The notes under the pieces were generated by a model that was not told the DNA's origin, did no database searches, and was given only the letters and a program-made list of their open reading frames with translations. A program made the position numbers and the translations under genes. A DNA stretch of 24,000 nt from an uncultured Actinomycetota bacterium (GTDB lineage Bacteria > Actinomycetota > Actinomycetes > Jiangellales > Jiangellaceae): the NCBI GenBank assembly GCA_963798505.1, contig CAWCTX010000005.1, positions 807,745 through 831,744 on the forward strand, read 5' to 3'. Below are positions 1 to 8,067 of the stretch, one piece after another; position 1 is the first letter of the stretch, and each line of letters opens with the position of its first letter.

Positions 1-166
1 AGGACGCCCGCTCGGCGACCGCGGTCAGGTAGGGCCCGAACAGCACCGTGGCGATCGTCGTGACGTAGGCGGAGTTGGCCCAGTCGTAGAAGTACCAGGC
101 GCGCTGCTCGCGGCGGCGGGCCTCGGGGTCCGCGAGCGGTCCGGCGGACGCGAGCGGCAACGACAC
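1..166 (-). CDS. MFS transporter, UMF1/Atg22-like family, N-terminal fragment (gene continues past the left edge)
   Basis: Reverse-strand reading from GTG at 166 gives VSLPLASAGPLADPEARRREQRAWYFYDWANSAYVTTIATVLFGPYLTAVAERAS. The W-Y-x-Y-D-W-A-N-S-A-Y motif is typical of the N-terminus of UMF1-type MFS permeases. It is absent from the ORF track because it is open at the window edge. Confidence 0.55.
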   Translation of the reverse strand, partial: MSLPLASAGPLADPEARRREQRAWYFYDWANSAYVTTIATVLFGPYLTAVAERAS

Positions 167-196
167 GGCTGCACTCCCGTTGAGTCTTGGGCTACG

Positions 197-977
197 TCAT
201 GACCAGAGGCCGCGGTCAGCGAAGACACCACGGAGTGCCTCCAGGTCGTCGGTCATGATCCCATCGACGTCGGCGTCCAGGAGGCGATTCATCACGGTGG
301 TGTCGTCGACGACCCAGACGTGCACGGAGATGCCGAGCCGGTGGGCGGCGGCGAGGAAGCGGTCGTCGACCAGATCGTACGCCTCGCACCGCCAGCGGCA
401 CCTGCACACAGGCGACGTTGCGCGGCACGAGGTGGTCGAGGCGGCCGGTGGGCGCGAGCGCCGCCAATCGCAGGGCGGCGACCTCGCGGGGACCCATAGA
501 CGTAGCGAGGCGCGGTCCGGCCGCGTCCCGGACCGCGCGCACGCGCGCATCGGAGAACGACGCCACGCAGACCCTGTCGACAGCGCCGGTGCGGCGCAGC
601 ACGTCCAGCAGCGGGCCGATAGCCGGGGCGTCCTTGACGTCGACGTTGACCCGCAGCTCGGGCCACGTCATGAGCACGTCCTCCAGCGTCGGGACCGGCT
701 CGCGGCCGCCGACGGCCAGCCGCACGACCTGCTCGTGCGCGACATCTCTGATGCGCCCGGCCGGCCGGTCAGGCGGTGCAGCCGACGGTCGTGGAACACC
801 AGCAGCACGCCGTCGGACGTGGCGTGCACATCGGTCTCCACGTAGCGGTAGCCGAGGTCGACGGCTCGCTGGAATGCGGCCATCGTGTTCTCCCACGCGT
901 GCGCCGCCCCGCCGCGGTGCGCGAACGCGATCGGCCCGTCGTGCTCGAGGTAGGCGTAGGCCGCGGCGCTGGCTCAC
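197..977 (-). pseudogene. Glycerophosphodiester phosphodiesterase (GDPD family), reading frame broken about 3 times
   Basis: GDPD-like sequence is spread over three minus frames. The GTG at 977 overlaps the upstream stop as GTGA. The pieces are [61 protein letters not shown] (ORF 668..883 frame), [43 protein letters not shown]...VCVASFSD (ORF 216..977 frame) and EAYDLVDDRFLAAAHRLGISVHVWVVDDTTVMNRLLDADVDGIMTDD (ORF 197..550 frame). Frame switches are near 960, 757 and 388. Confidence 0.8.
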
Positions 978-2228
978 GCCGCCACGCTACGGGGCAGCTC
1001 CTCCTCGACTCGAGACACCAATTCGTCTTCGACAAAGTTGTCGGCCGCGGCCAGCCACCCGGCAGCCAGCTGGACGACGAGGACGGCGAACAAAGCGCCG
1101 ATCGGCACGGTCCACCCGCCGGTCGCCGAGTGCAAGATGCCGAACAGGAAGGGGCCGGTCGCGGCGAGCAGGTAGCCGATGCTCTGGACGAAGCCCGACA
1201 GCGCGACGGTGCTGCCGGCGGTACGGCAACGCAGGCCAATCATCGTGAGGGCCAGTGGGAACGAGGCGCTGCCCAGCCCGATCAGCACCGCCCAGACCCA
1301 GGCTGCGGCGCCGCCGGGCGCCAGGAGCAGGCCGGCGTAGCCGACGGCGTAGATGGCCGCGAGGCCGACGACGTACGGTCGCTGGCTGGCGCGCCGGAAG
1401 GCGAGCGAGGGCACCACGAGCGAGGTCGGGATCGAGATCGCCGACATCACCGCCAGTGTCAGGCCGGCGCGCTGCGCGCTCATCCCGGCGTCCTGCCACA
1501 GGGTGGCGAACCAGCCGAACGAGACATAGGCCTGCAGCGACTGCGTGCCGAAGTAGATCGCGAGCGCCCACGCGGTGCGGCTGCGGGCCATGCTGGACAG
1601 CCGGGCGTGGGTGCCGTCGCCGGCGCGTTGATGCGGGCGGCGCAGCAGGACCAGCCAGGGAACGAGCGCGACCGCGGCGAGCCCGGCCCACACGCCGAGG
1701 CCCGCCCGCCAACTGCCGCCGGCTAGCTGGTCGACCGGCACCGTCAGGGCGGCCGATGCTGTGGCGCCCAGGGCGAGCGCGGTGGTGTAGAGCGCGGTCA
1801 TCGGGCCGACGCGGTCGGGGAAGTGACGCTTGACGACCGCCGGGATCAGGACGTTGCCCAGCGCGGCGCCGGCAAGGGCGAGGGCACTGCCCGCCAGGAA
1901 GGGCACCGGAGTGCTGACCAGCACCCGAAGAAGGCAGCCGACGACCACCGCGGCGAGCGACCCGGCGAGGACGGCCGACTCGCCGAAGCGGCGGGACAGC
2001 GCGGGGGCCACCGAGCCGAGGGCGGCGAAGCAGAGCACCGGCAGGGTCGTCAGGAGTCCGGCCTGCGCGCCGGTCAGGTGCACGAGCATCGCGCAGCTCG
2101 TCGAGGAGCGGGCCGACGCTGAGGACGGCGGTGCGCAGGTTGAGCGCGGCGAGGGCGACCGCCGCCACGACCAGCCAGGTGGCGGTGCGGTTGCTGGTGC
2201 CGAGGGTCCGTTCGGAGGTTAGAGTCAC
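974..2228 (-). pseudogene. MFS transporter, CynX/cyanate-permease-like, one frame break near 2088-2098
   Basis: The N-terminus from GTG 2228 (MTLTSERTLGTSNRTATWLVVAAVALAALNLRTAVLSVGPLLDELRD) lies in the ORF 987..2228 frame. The remaining 371 aa (LVHLTGAQAGLLTTLPVLCFAALG..., about 12 TM segments) lie in the ORF 974..2089 frame. The LNLR..VGPLL..L motif followed by AGLLTTLP is typical of CynX-type MFS proteins. Confidence 0.75.
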
Positions 2229-2254
2229 CGTAGGCCGTAAATCAGCGGGTCATG

Positions 2255-2268
2255 GGATGAATTCATCC
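2255..2268. promoter_or_regulatory. Perfect 14-bp palindrome GGATGAATTCATCC in the divergent MFS/GntR intergenic region; candidate GntR operator
   Basis: The palindrome was read directly. It lies between the MFS start (2228, minus) and the GntR start (2314, plus). GntR/FadR regulators bind short palindromes and are often autoregulatory. No binding data are available. Confidence 0.3.
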
Positions 2269-2313
2269 TACCATTCGTGCGCGGCGGACCACTAGAGGCG
2301 TCGGAGGGGTCTG

Positions 2314-3003
2314 ATGAGGGAGGTCGGATCGGCGCTGTTGCAGCCCACTCACCGGTCGGCGCTGGTCGACCAGGTGATCTCGCAGCTGCACACCAAGATC
2401 AGCACGGGGGAGTGGGGGGTGGGGGAGCGGATCCCCACCGAGCCGGAGCTGGTGGCGGCCCTCGGGGTAGGCCGAAACACCGTCCGCGAAGCCGTACGGG
2501 CCCTGGCGCATGCGGGCCTGCTTGACATCCGGCAGGGCTCCGGGACTTACGTGCGGGCCGCCAGCGAGCTGTCCGGGGCCGTGTCGCGGCGCGTGGCCGC
2601 GGCCGGCGTGCGCGAGGTGTTCGAGGTGCGACGCGGCCTCGAGCACCAGGCGGCGCGGCTTGCGGCGACGCGTCGTACCAACGCCGACCTGGTCGCCCTT
2701 GACAAGGCCTTGGCGGTGCGCGAGATGGCTTGGCGCAGCGGCGATCTCGACGCATTCGCCGACGCCGACATCGCGTTCCACGCACTAGTCGTACGTGCCG
2801 CGCACAACGCGCTACTCGACGATCTCTACGCAGACCTCGGCGCCGCCGTCCGTGATGCGCTGGCACGGGACCTGCGGGCGCGCCCGGAGCCCGAGTACCT
2901 CGACCACGGCGTGCTCGTGGCAGCGATCCGCGAGCGCGACGTCGAGCGCGCCGGCCGCGAGGCGACCTCGTTCCTCGACGAGACGATCGAGCGTCGCGGC
3001 TGA
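2314..3003 (+). CDS. GntR family transcriptional regulator, FadR/FCD subfamily
   Basis: Intact 229-aa ORF with a GGAGGGG Shine-Dalgarno 4 nt upstream. The N-terminal winged HTH reads ERIPTEPELVAALGVGRNTVREAVRALAHAGLLDIRQGSGTYV. The C-terminal helical FCD-like domain reads EVRRGLEHQAARLAA...DIAFHALVVRAAHN. Confidence 0.85.
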   Translation: MREVGSALLQPTHRSALVDQVISQLHTKISTGEWGVGERIPTEPELVAALGVGRNTVREAVRALAHAGLLDIRQGSGTYVRAASELSGAVSRRVAAAGVREVFEVRRGLEHQAARLAATRRTNADLVALDKALAVREMAWRSGDLDAFADADIAFHALVVRAAHNALLDDLYADLGAAVRDALARDLRARPEPEYLDHGVLVAAIRERDVERAGREATSFLDETIERRG

Positions 3004-3007
3004 GAGC

Positions 3008-3029
3008 AACGCTGGGGCGCCCCAGCGTT
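3008..3029. terminator. GC-rich perfect hairpin AACGCTGGGG-CG-CCCCAGCGTT between convergent genes; candidate bidirectional terminator
   Basis: A 10-bp perfect stem starts 5 nt after the GntR stop and is followed by ATATA. The DinB-family gene converges from the right (stop at 3064). Confidence 0.5.
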
Positions 3030-3063
3030 ATATAGCGACCGATCGGCGCCCCGTGGACGGCGT

Positions 3064-3582
3064 CTATTCGCCGGTGAGCCCGTCGATCGACTCACGCAGC
3101 AGGTCGGCATGGCCGTTGTGCCGCGCGTACTCCTCGACCATGTGGCACGAGGATCCATCGGAGGCTGACGCCGCGAACCGAGGCCTTGGCGAGCATGTCC
3201 AGGCCGCCGTCAGCCAGCGCCTCGGCCACCAGGGCGCGGGAGCGGGTCACGGCGTCCTGCCAGATCGCCTGGAGTTGCTCAGGCGTGTCCTCGGCGGCCG
3301 AGTGCCAGTCCCAGTCCATGTCGGCCTTCCAGTCCACCGTGTCCCAAGGCGGCGACGAGTGACGGCCGTGCAGCACCCGCGAGAACCAGTCGTCCTCGAC
3401 ATAGGCCAGGTGCTTGAGCATCCCGCCCAGGGTCATCGTTGAGGCAGCGGTCGTTGCGTTCAGGGCGGCCGAGTCCAGTCCGGCGGTTTTCCACGCCAGC
3501 GTCGCGCGATGGAAGTCGAGAAAACCAAGCAGTGTCGCGGTCTCGTCGGCTGCGAGTGGGGGTTCTGGTCGGCCCTGCTCAT
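3064..3582 (-). pseudogene. DinB/DUF664 family protein (mycothiol-transferase-like fold), two frame breaks
   Basis: The reconstructed protein is MSRADQNP/PLAADETATLLGFLDFHRATLAWKTAGLDSAALNATTAASTMTLGGMLKHLAYVEDDWFSRVLHGR...[33 protein letters not shown]. The breaks are at the G5 run 3558-3562 (C-run on the coding strand) and at GG 3144-3145. The total span is 519 nt, a multiple of 3, so the two breaks cancel. Confidence 0.75.
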
Positions 3583-3652
3583 CAAGACGGTCACGAGGGG
3601 CGAGTCTAGGGGTTGGCCGTATCGGTGACCCATGCCTATCCGACTGGCGCGA

Positions 3653-5822
3653 TCAGACGGGCTGGACGGGCTCAGGGACCGGCTCCCTCTCGGGCTCACC
3701 TGGGGCCTCCGGCGCCGTACCGCGGTCGAGCTCGCTGGGCCACCAGATCTTCCCGCCGAGGTCGAGGTTGAGCGCGGTGACCAGCACCGACCGGACGATC
3801 ATGGTGTCCACTAGGACGCCGAGCGCGACCGCAACGCCGAGTTCCGCGAGGAATACCAGCGGCAGCGAGCCGAGGACGAGGAACGTCGCCGCGAGCACGA
3901 GGCCGGCCGAGGTGATCACGCCGCCTGTCGACGACAGCGCGATCAGCGAGCCCTTGCGGGTGCCGTGGTTGACGGTCTCCTCCCGGACCCGGGTCATCAG
4001 GAAGATGTTGTAGTCGATACCCAGCGCCACGAGGAACACGAAGGCGAACAACGGGAAGCCCGGGTCGGATCCGGCGAAGCCGAAGACGTACTCGAACAGC
4101 AGTGCCGAGATGCCCAAGGCTGCGCCGAACGAGAGGACCACCGTCGCGATCAGCAGGACCGGGGCGAGCACGGCGCGGAGCAGGGCGAGCAGGATCAGGA
4201 ACACCACGAGCAGGACCAGCGGGATGATCACCAGGTTGTCCCGGTTGGAGGCAATCTTGGTGTCGAGGTAGAACGCCGACCCGCCGCCGACGAGCGCGTT
4301 CGCGCCGTCGACCTCGTGGACCGCATCACGCGTGCCCTCGACGATGTCGAAGGCGTCCTGCGAGGAGATGTCCGCGGCGATGGTCGCCTCGAAGTAGGCG
4401 CGGCCGTCAGCGATCGGCGTGGCGGTTTCTGGCTCACCGACGCCCTCGACCCGGGCGACCGCGTCGCGGACGGCGTCTATCTGGTCCTGGTTGGCAACGA
4501 CCTGGACGGTGTTGGATGCGTCCTGCAGACCGTGTTCCATCAGGACCTTCTGGCCCTTGATCGAGTCGAACTCCTTGGTGTAGGTCTCCTCGGTCGAGAG
4601 GCCCCCGGTGTCGAGCCGGAACAAGCCGAGGCAGGCGACCAGCAGGATGCCGGTGGTGACGACCCAGACGACCCGCGGACGCGGCGCGACCGCGTTGCCC
4701 ACCTTCGCCCACATTCCGGTGCTGGTCGGCTCGTGCGAGCCGAACGTGGGCCGAACCGGCCAGAAGATCCAGCGGCCGCAGATGACCAGCAGGGCGGGCA
4801 GCAGGGTCACCATCACGAAGAAGGTGGCCGCGATGCCGACCGCGATGACTGGACCGAGGCCGGCCGTGGAGTTCAGCTCGGCGAAGACCAGGCAGAGCAT
4901 GCCGATGCACACGGTCGCGGCACTGGCGAGGATCGCCGGCGCTGCCCGGTGCAGTGCGAACGCCATCGCCTCGTGCCGGTCCTGGTGGCGGCGCAGCTCC
5001 TCGCGGTAGCGGGCGACGAGCAGCAGCGCATAGTCGGTGCCGGCGCCGATCACGAGGACGCTGAGGATGGCCTGGCTCTGGCCGTTCACGGTGAGGTCGG
5101 CGTACCGCGCCAGCAGGTAGATGATGCCGGTCGCGATGAGATTGGCGAAGACGGCGCAGAGCACGGGCAGGATCCACAGCACCGGGCTGCGGTAGGTGAA
5201 GAGCAGGATGACCACGACCACACCGAGCGTGGCGAGGATCAGGTTGGTGTCGATGCCCTCGAAGGTCTCGGCCGCGTCCGCGGTCTGGCCGCCGAAGCCG
5301 GCAAGGTGCACCGTCACGCCCTCCACCCCGGCGATGTCGCGGACCTCGTCGGCAGCCTCGGGGACGTCGGTCCAGCCCTCGTCGCCGAAGTTGAGGACTA
5401 GGTAGAGGTAGGCGGCCTCTCCGTCGTCGGACAGCAGTCGCTGCGGACGGTTCCTGCTCGGCCACGTTCGGCGAGAGTACGTCGGGGGAGCCGTCGGCGT
5501 TCTCGTCGGTGACGCCGTCGACCTGGGAGGCGATCGCGTCCGCCTGCTCGTCCATTGCGGCGAGGTCGGCCTCGGTCAGGCCGCCATCGCGGTGGTAGAC
5601 GACGAGGGTCGGGATGTCGTTGGGGTCGATGCTCTCGGACAGTTCGTCGAGGACCTTCGTCGACTCGGCGGAGGCAGGGAGCCACGACGACGCCTCGTTG
5701 TTCTGCACGTCGACGAGCTTGGGGCTCAGCGGGGCGAGCAGGAACGCGAGGAGTACGACGGCCGCGGCGACGATCCACTTGGTGACTGGGCCGGTGAGCT
5801 TTCCGGCGATCTGACGGTGCAT
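3653..5822 (-). pseudogene. MMPL family (RND superfamily) membrane transporter, one frame break near 5445-5460
   Basis: The N-terminus from ATG 5822 is MHRQIAGKLTGPVTKWIVAAAVVLLAFLLAPLSPKLVDVQNNEASSWLP... (ORF 4434..5822 frame). The protein continues as LLSDDGEAAYLYLVLNFGDEGW...GTDYALLLVARYREELRRH...GIDYNIFLMTRVREE (ORF 3653..5326 frame). It is paralogous to the gene at 13104-15227. Confidence 0.85.
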
Positions 5823-5871
5823 GAGGGCAGCCTCTCTAGGACCACGGGCAGGGCATACCTGACTCCGAAAG

Positions 5872-5945
5872 TCGTGGTGATGATGTCCTTGGCGGAGACG
5901 CTAGGTGCGCTTCGGTGATTGGTGCTTCTCGATTCCTGACCGGCT
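5872..5945 (-). repeat. Copy L (inverted, decayed) of the AraC-tail/VOC-head module, upstream of the MMPL start
   Basis: The reverse complement is AGCCGGTCAGGAATCGAGAAGCACCAATCACCGAAGCGCACCTAGCGTCTCCGCCAAGGACATCATCACCACGAC. It aligns with 8001-8075. The ATG is replaced by AAG and the TGA by TCT. Confidence 0.7.
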
Positions 5946-5971
5946 GGGACCGATCAGGAATCGAGAAGCAC
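5922..5971. promoter_or_regulatory. Large palindrome (18 bp perfect, 22-bp arms with 1 mismatch, 6-nt centre) in the divergent MMPL/MFS control region
   Basis: GTGCTTCTCGATTCCTGA (5922-5939) is the exact reverse complement of TCAGGAATCGAGAAGCAC (5954-5971). The arms extend to 5943 and 5950. The palindrome is formed by the junction of repeat copies L and C1. Confidence 0.6.
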
Positions 5972-6006
5972 GGGTCAACGGAGGGCACCTAGCGTGACCG
6001 CCGTGG
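5948..6006 (+). repeat. Copy C1 of the AraC-tail/VOC-head module, abutting the MFS start
   Basis: The sequence is GACCGATCAGGAATCGAGAAGCACGGGTCAACGGAGGGCACCTAGCGTGACCGCCGTGG. The module's TGA (5995-5997) overlaps the MFS GTG (5994). The position equivalent to the VOC ATG is GTG 6003, in frame with the MFS. Confidence 0.7.
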
Positions 6007-7307
6007 TGCTCCGACGCCTCGTGCCCTCCGCCTACCGGCCGGTGCTCGCCAACCGGGTGTTCCGGCGACTGACTCTCGGCTTCGCGGTCTCGTACCTCGG
6101 GGACGGGATGAGCTTCGTCGCGGTGGCGTGGCTCGCCATCGAGCTGGCGCCGCAGGCGACCGCGGGGCTGTGGGTCGGCGGCGCGGTGGCCGCGTACACG
6201 TTGCCGGGTGTGGTAGGCGCGCTGGTGTTCGGTCGCCGCCTGCGCCGGGTGCCGGCCAGGCGGCTGCTGCTCGCGGACAACGTCGTGCGCGGCGTGTTCC
6301 TGGGTGTCGTGCCGCTCGCCTGGCTCGCCGGGCTGCTCACGCCGCCGCTGTACGTCGTGCTGCTCGCGGTCTCGTCGCTGCTGCACGCGTGGGGCAGCGC
6401 GGGCAAATACACACTGCTGGCCGAGCTGCTACCGGACGAGCAGCGGCTCGCCGCGAACACCCTGGTCAGCTCGCTCAACTTCGCTGCCACGATCGCCGGG
6501 CCGGCGATCGCCGGTGTGCTGGTGACGTACGTCAGCTCGGCGCTCGTGATCGGCCTGGACGCGCTCACGTACGTGTTCCTCGCTGTGCTTGTCGCTCGCA
6601 CCCGGCTGCCGGAGGCGGGGGAGGTCTCACCCGTCGACCAGGCGGCCGCGCGCGGCGGGGTCGCGTTGATGCGGTCCCATCCCGAGCTGCTGGGGCTGCT
6701 GACGCTCACCTGGTTCTTCAACCTGCTGTACGGCCCGGTCGAGGTCGCGCTGCCGCTGCACGTGACCGACGACCTGCACGCTTCGGGCACGCTGCTCGGC
6801 CTGTACTGGATGCTGTTCGGCATCGGCGCGGTGCTTGGCGGGCTCGCAGTCGGCGCGCTGCGGCAGCTCCCGCGCTGGCCGGTGACGGTCGCGATCGTGG
6901 TCGCCTGGGGGCTCATCGCTGCTGCCGTTCGGGTTCGACGTGCCGACGGCCATCACGGTCGCGTGCTTCACGCTCGGCGGCGCGATCTACGGACCGTTCG
7001 TACCGCTGTCGGTGACGCTTATGCAGGCGAAGTCGCCACCGCAGCACCTGGCCGCGATGCTCGCAGCCCGAAGGCGGTGCTGCTGACCGCGTCACCGCTC
7101 GGCGCGGCAGTCGGCGGGCCGCTCACCTCGGCGCTGGGCCCGCGAGCGACGCTCGGGGGCTCAGGACTCGCCACGGTGGCGCTCGGCGCCGTCGCGTGCG
7201 TCCTGCTGCTGGCCCGGCGCAGCAACCAGCGAGCGCGCGTGGCGAATAGGGTGGCCAGACCGATCACGAATCGAGAAGCACCGGTGAACGAAGCGCAGCT
7301 AGCGTGA
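5994..7307 (+). pseudogene. MFS transporter (EntS/DUF894-like), two compensating frame breaks, C-terminus fused to an AraC-tail repeat
   Basis: The 437-aa ORF reads MTAVVLRRLVPSAYRPVLANRVFRRLTLGFAVSYLGDGMSFVAVAWLAIELA... Between about 6910 and 7072 the sensible sequence is in another frame: WGSSLLPFGFDVPTAITVACFTLGGAIYGPFVPLSVTLMQAKSPPQHLAAMLAAR. There is an extra G in the G-run 6907-6911 and a missing base near 7071-7074. The last residues, RVANRVARPITNREAPVNEAQLA*, are repeat copy C2. An alternative start is GTG 6003. Confidence 0.75.
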
Positions 7308-7322
7308 TCGCCATGGACATCA
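7237..7322 (+). repeat. Copy C2 of the AraC-tail/VOC-head module, at the MFS 3' end
   Basis: The sequence is GCGTGGCGAATAGGGTGGCCAGACCGATCACGAATCGAGAAGCACCGGTGAACGAAGCGCAGCTAGCGTGATCGCCATGGACATCA. It aligns base-for-base with 7982-8067. The TGA is at 7305-7307 and the ATG at 7313. Confidence 0.75.
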
Positions 7323-7582
7323 ACGAGTTGCTCATTGGAAACGAGACGTGTTGAAAGTAGGACGAAATGTGCGTTGAGGCCTCGGCTCGCCGCGTACCAC
7401 GCGGGCTTGCCAACCAAGACCATGTCGACGACGCGCAGACCGTCGCGGTCCAGAATGCCGCGCTGGAAGGCATCTACGTCGCTGCTGACGAGCCGGCCCT
7501 GATTCGGCTGCACCAGTCCGGTGAGATCGACAATGTCGAGTTCCAGAGTGGGGTGGGGCGCCAGCCGCGCTGGGCAAGTCCG

Positions 7583-8052
7583 GTGCGACGTACGATTGCG
7601 GACGTGACCAGCGGACCCGCCGCGGCCCAGCAATTGCGCGATCTCGCGCGGCTGCGCCGTGTCCGCGACCGGATCGACCGGGAGTACGCGCAGCCGCTGG
7701 ACGTCGAGGCGCTCGCCCGCGGCGTGAACATGTCGGCCGGGCATCTCAGCCGCGAGTTCAGGCGCGCTTACGGCGAGTCGCCGTACAGCTATCTGATGAC
7801 GCGGCGCATCGAGCGCGCGATGGCGCTGCTGCGTCGTGGCGACCTTAGCGTCACAGAGGTCTGTTTCGCGGTCGGCTGCTCGTCGCTGGGCACCTTCAGC
7901 ACTCGCTTCACCGAACTCGTCGGTGTGCCGCCCAGCACCTACCGGGGCCAGACGGACGCGCGACGTCGGGGATGCCGTCGTGCGTGGCGAAGCAGGTGAC
8001 CAGACCGATCAGGAATCGGGAAGCACGGGTCACCGAGCCGCAACTAGCGTGA
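7583..8052 (+). pseudogene. AraC/XylS-family transcriptional regulator (short, HTH-only type usually paired with a VOC gene), one frame break near 7944-7971
   Basis: From GTG 7583 the protein reads VRRTIADVTSGPAAAQQLRDLARLRRVRDRIDREYAQPLDVEALARGVNMSAGHLSREFRRAYGESPYSYLMTRRIERAMALLRRGDLSVTEVCFAVGCSSLGTFSTRFTELVGVPPSTYR. The tail MPSCVAKQVTRPIRNREARVTEPQLA* is in the -1 frame and ends at TGA 8050-8052. G-runs at 7944-7947 and 7968-7971 are candidate break sites. Confidence 0.8.
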
Positions 8053-8067
8053 CCGCCATGGACATCA
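7982..8067 (+). repeat. Copy C3 (native context) of the AraC-tail/VOC-head module
   Basis: The sequence is GCGTGGCGAAGCAGGTGACCAGACCGATCAGGAATCGGGAAGCACGGGTCACCGAGCCGCAACTAGCGTGACCGCCATGGACATCA. It spans the AraC 3' end, the 5-nt gap and the VOC start. Confidence 0.75.

Noticed and set aside
418-1726. Long plus-strand ORFs (418..1248, 776..1726, 180..845) overlapping the GDPD and MFS genes
   Set aside because: The translations are Arg/Pro/Gly/Ala-rich low-complexity strings typical of antisense or off-frame shadow ORFs in 70% GC DNA. The minus strand carries clearly family-like proteins.
3965-5401. 478-aa plus-strand ORF antisense to MMPL-1, and the analogous 13083..14573 minus ORF antisense to MMPL-2
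   Set aside because: They have an Asp/Glu/Arg/Gly-rich, non-membrane, repetitive composition. They mirror the opposite-strand MMPL genes exactly, so they are shadow ORFs.
5872-6006. Inverted repeats as termini of an IS or MITE element
   Set aside because: The arms are directly adjacent (6-nt centre), so they enclose nothing. There is no transposase and no flanking target-site duplication.
7019-7744. 241-aa minus-strand ORF spanning the MFS 3' end, the stub region and the AraC 5' half
   Set aside because: It is antisense to two recognisable genes over most of its length. It has no SD or sensible start, and the only non-overlapped part (7313-7582) gives no family-like sequence. The GC3 comparison between strands was inconclusive, so it is kept only as a note under the 7313-7582 finding.
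5872-8067. Could the four repeat copies be a CRISPR array or integron attC sites?
   Set aside because: Spacing is irregular (about 1310 and 745 nt between direct copies), the units carry whole genes, and one copy is inverted. No cas genes, integrase or attI-like site is in the window. The repeats are demonstrably homologous to a protein-coding tail. The cassette-like idea is retained only as a weak alternative in the main finding.
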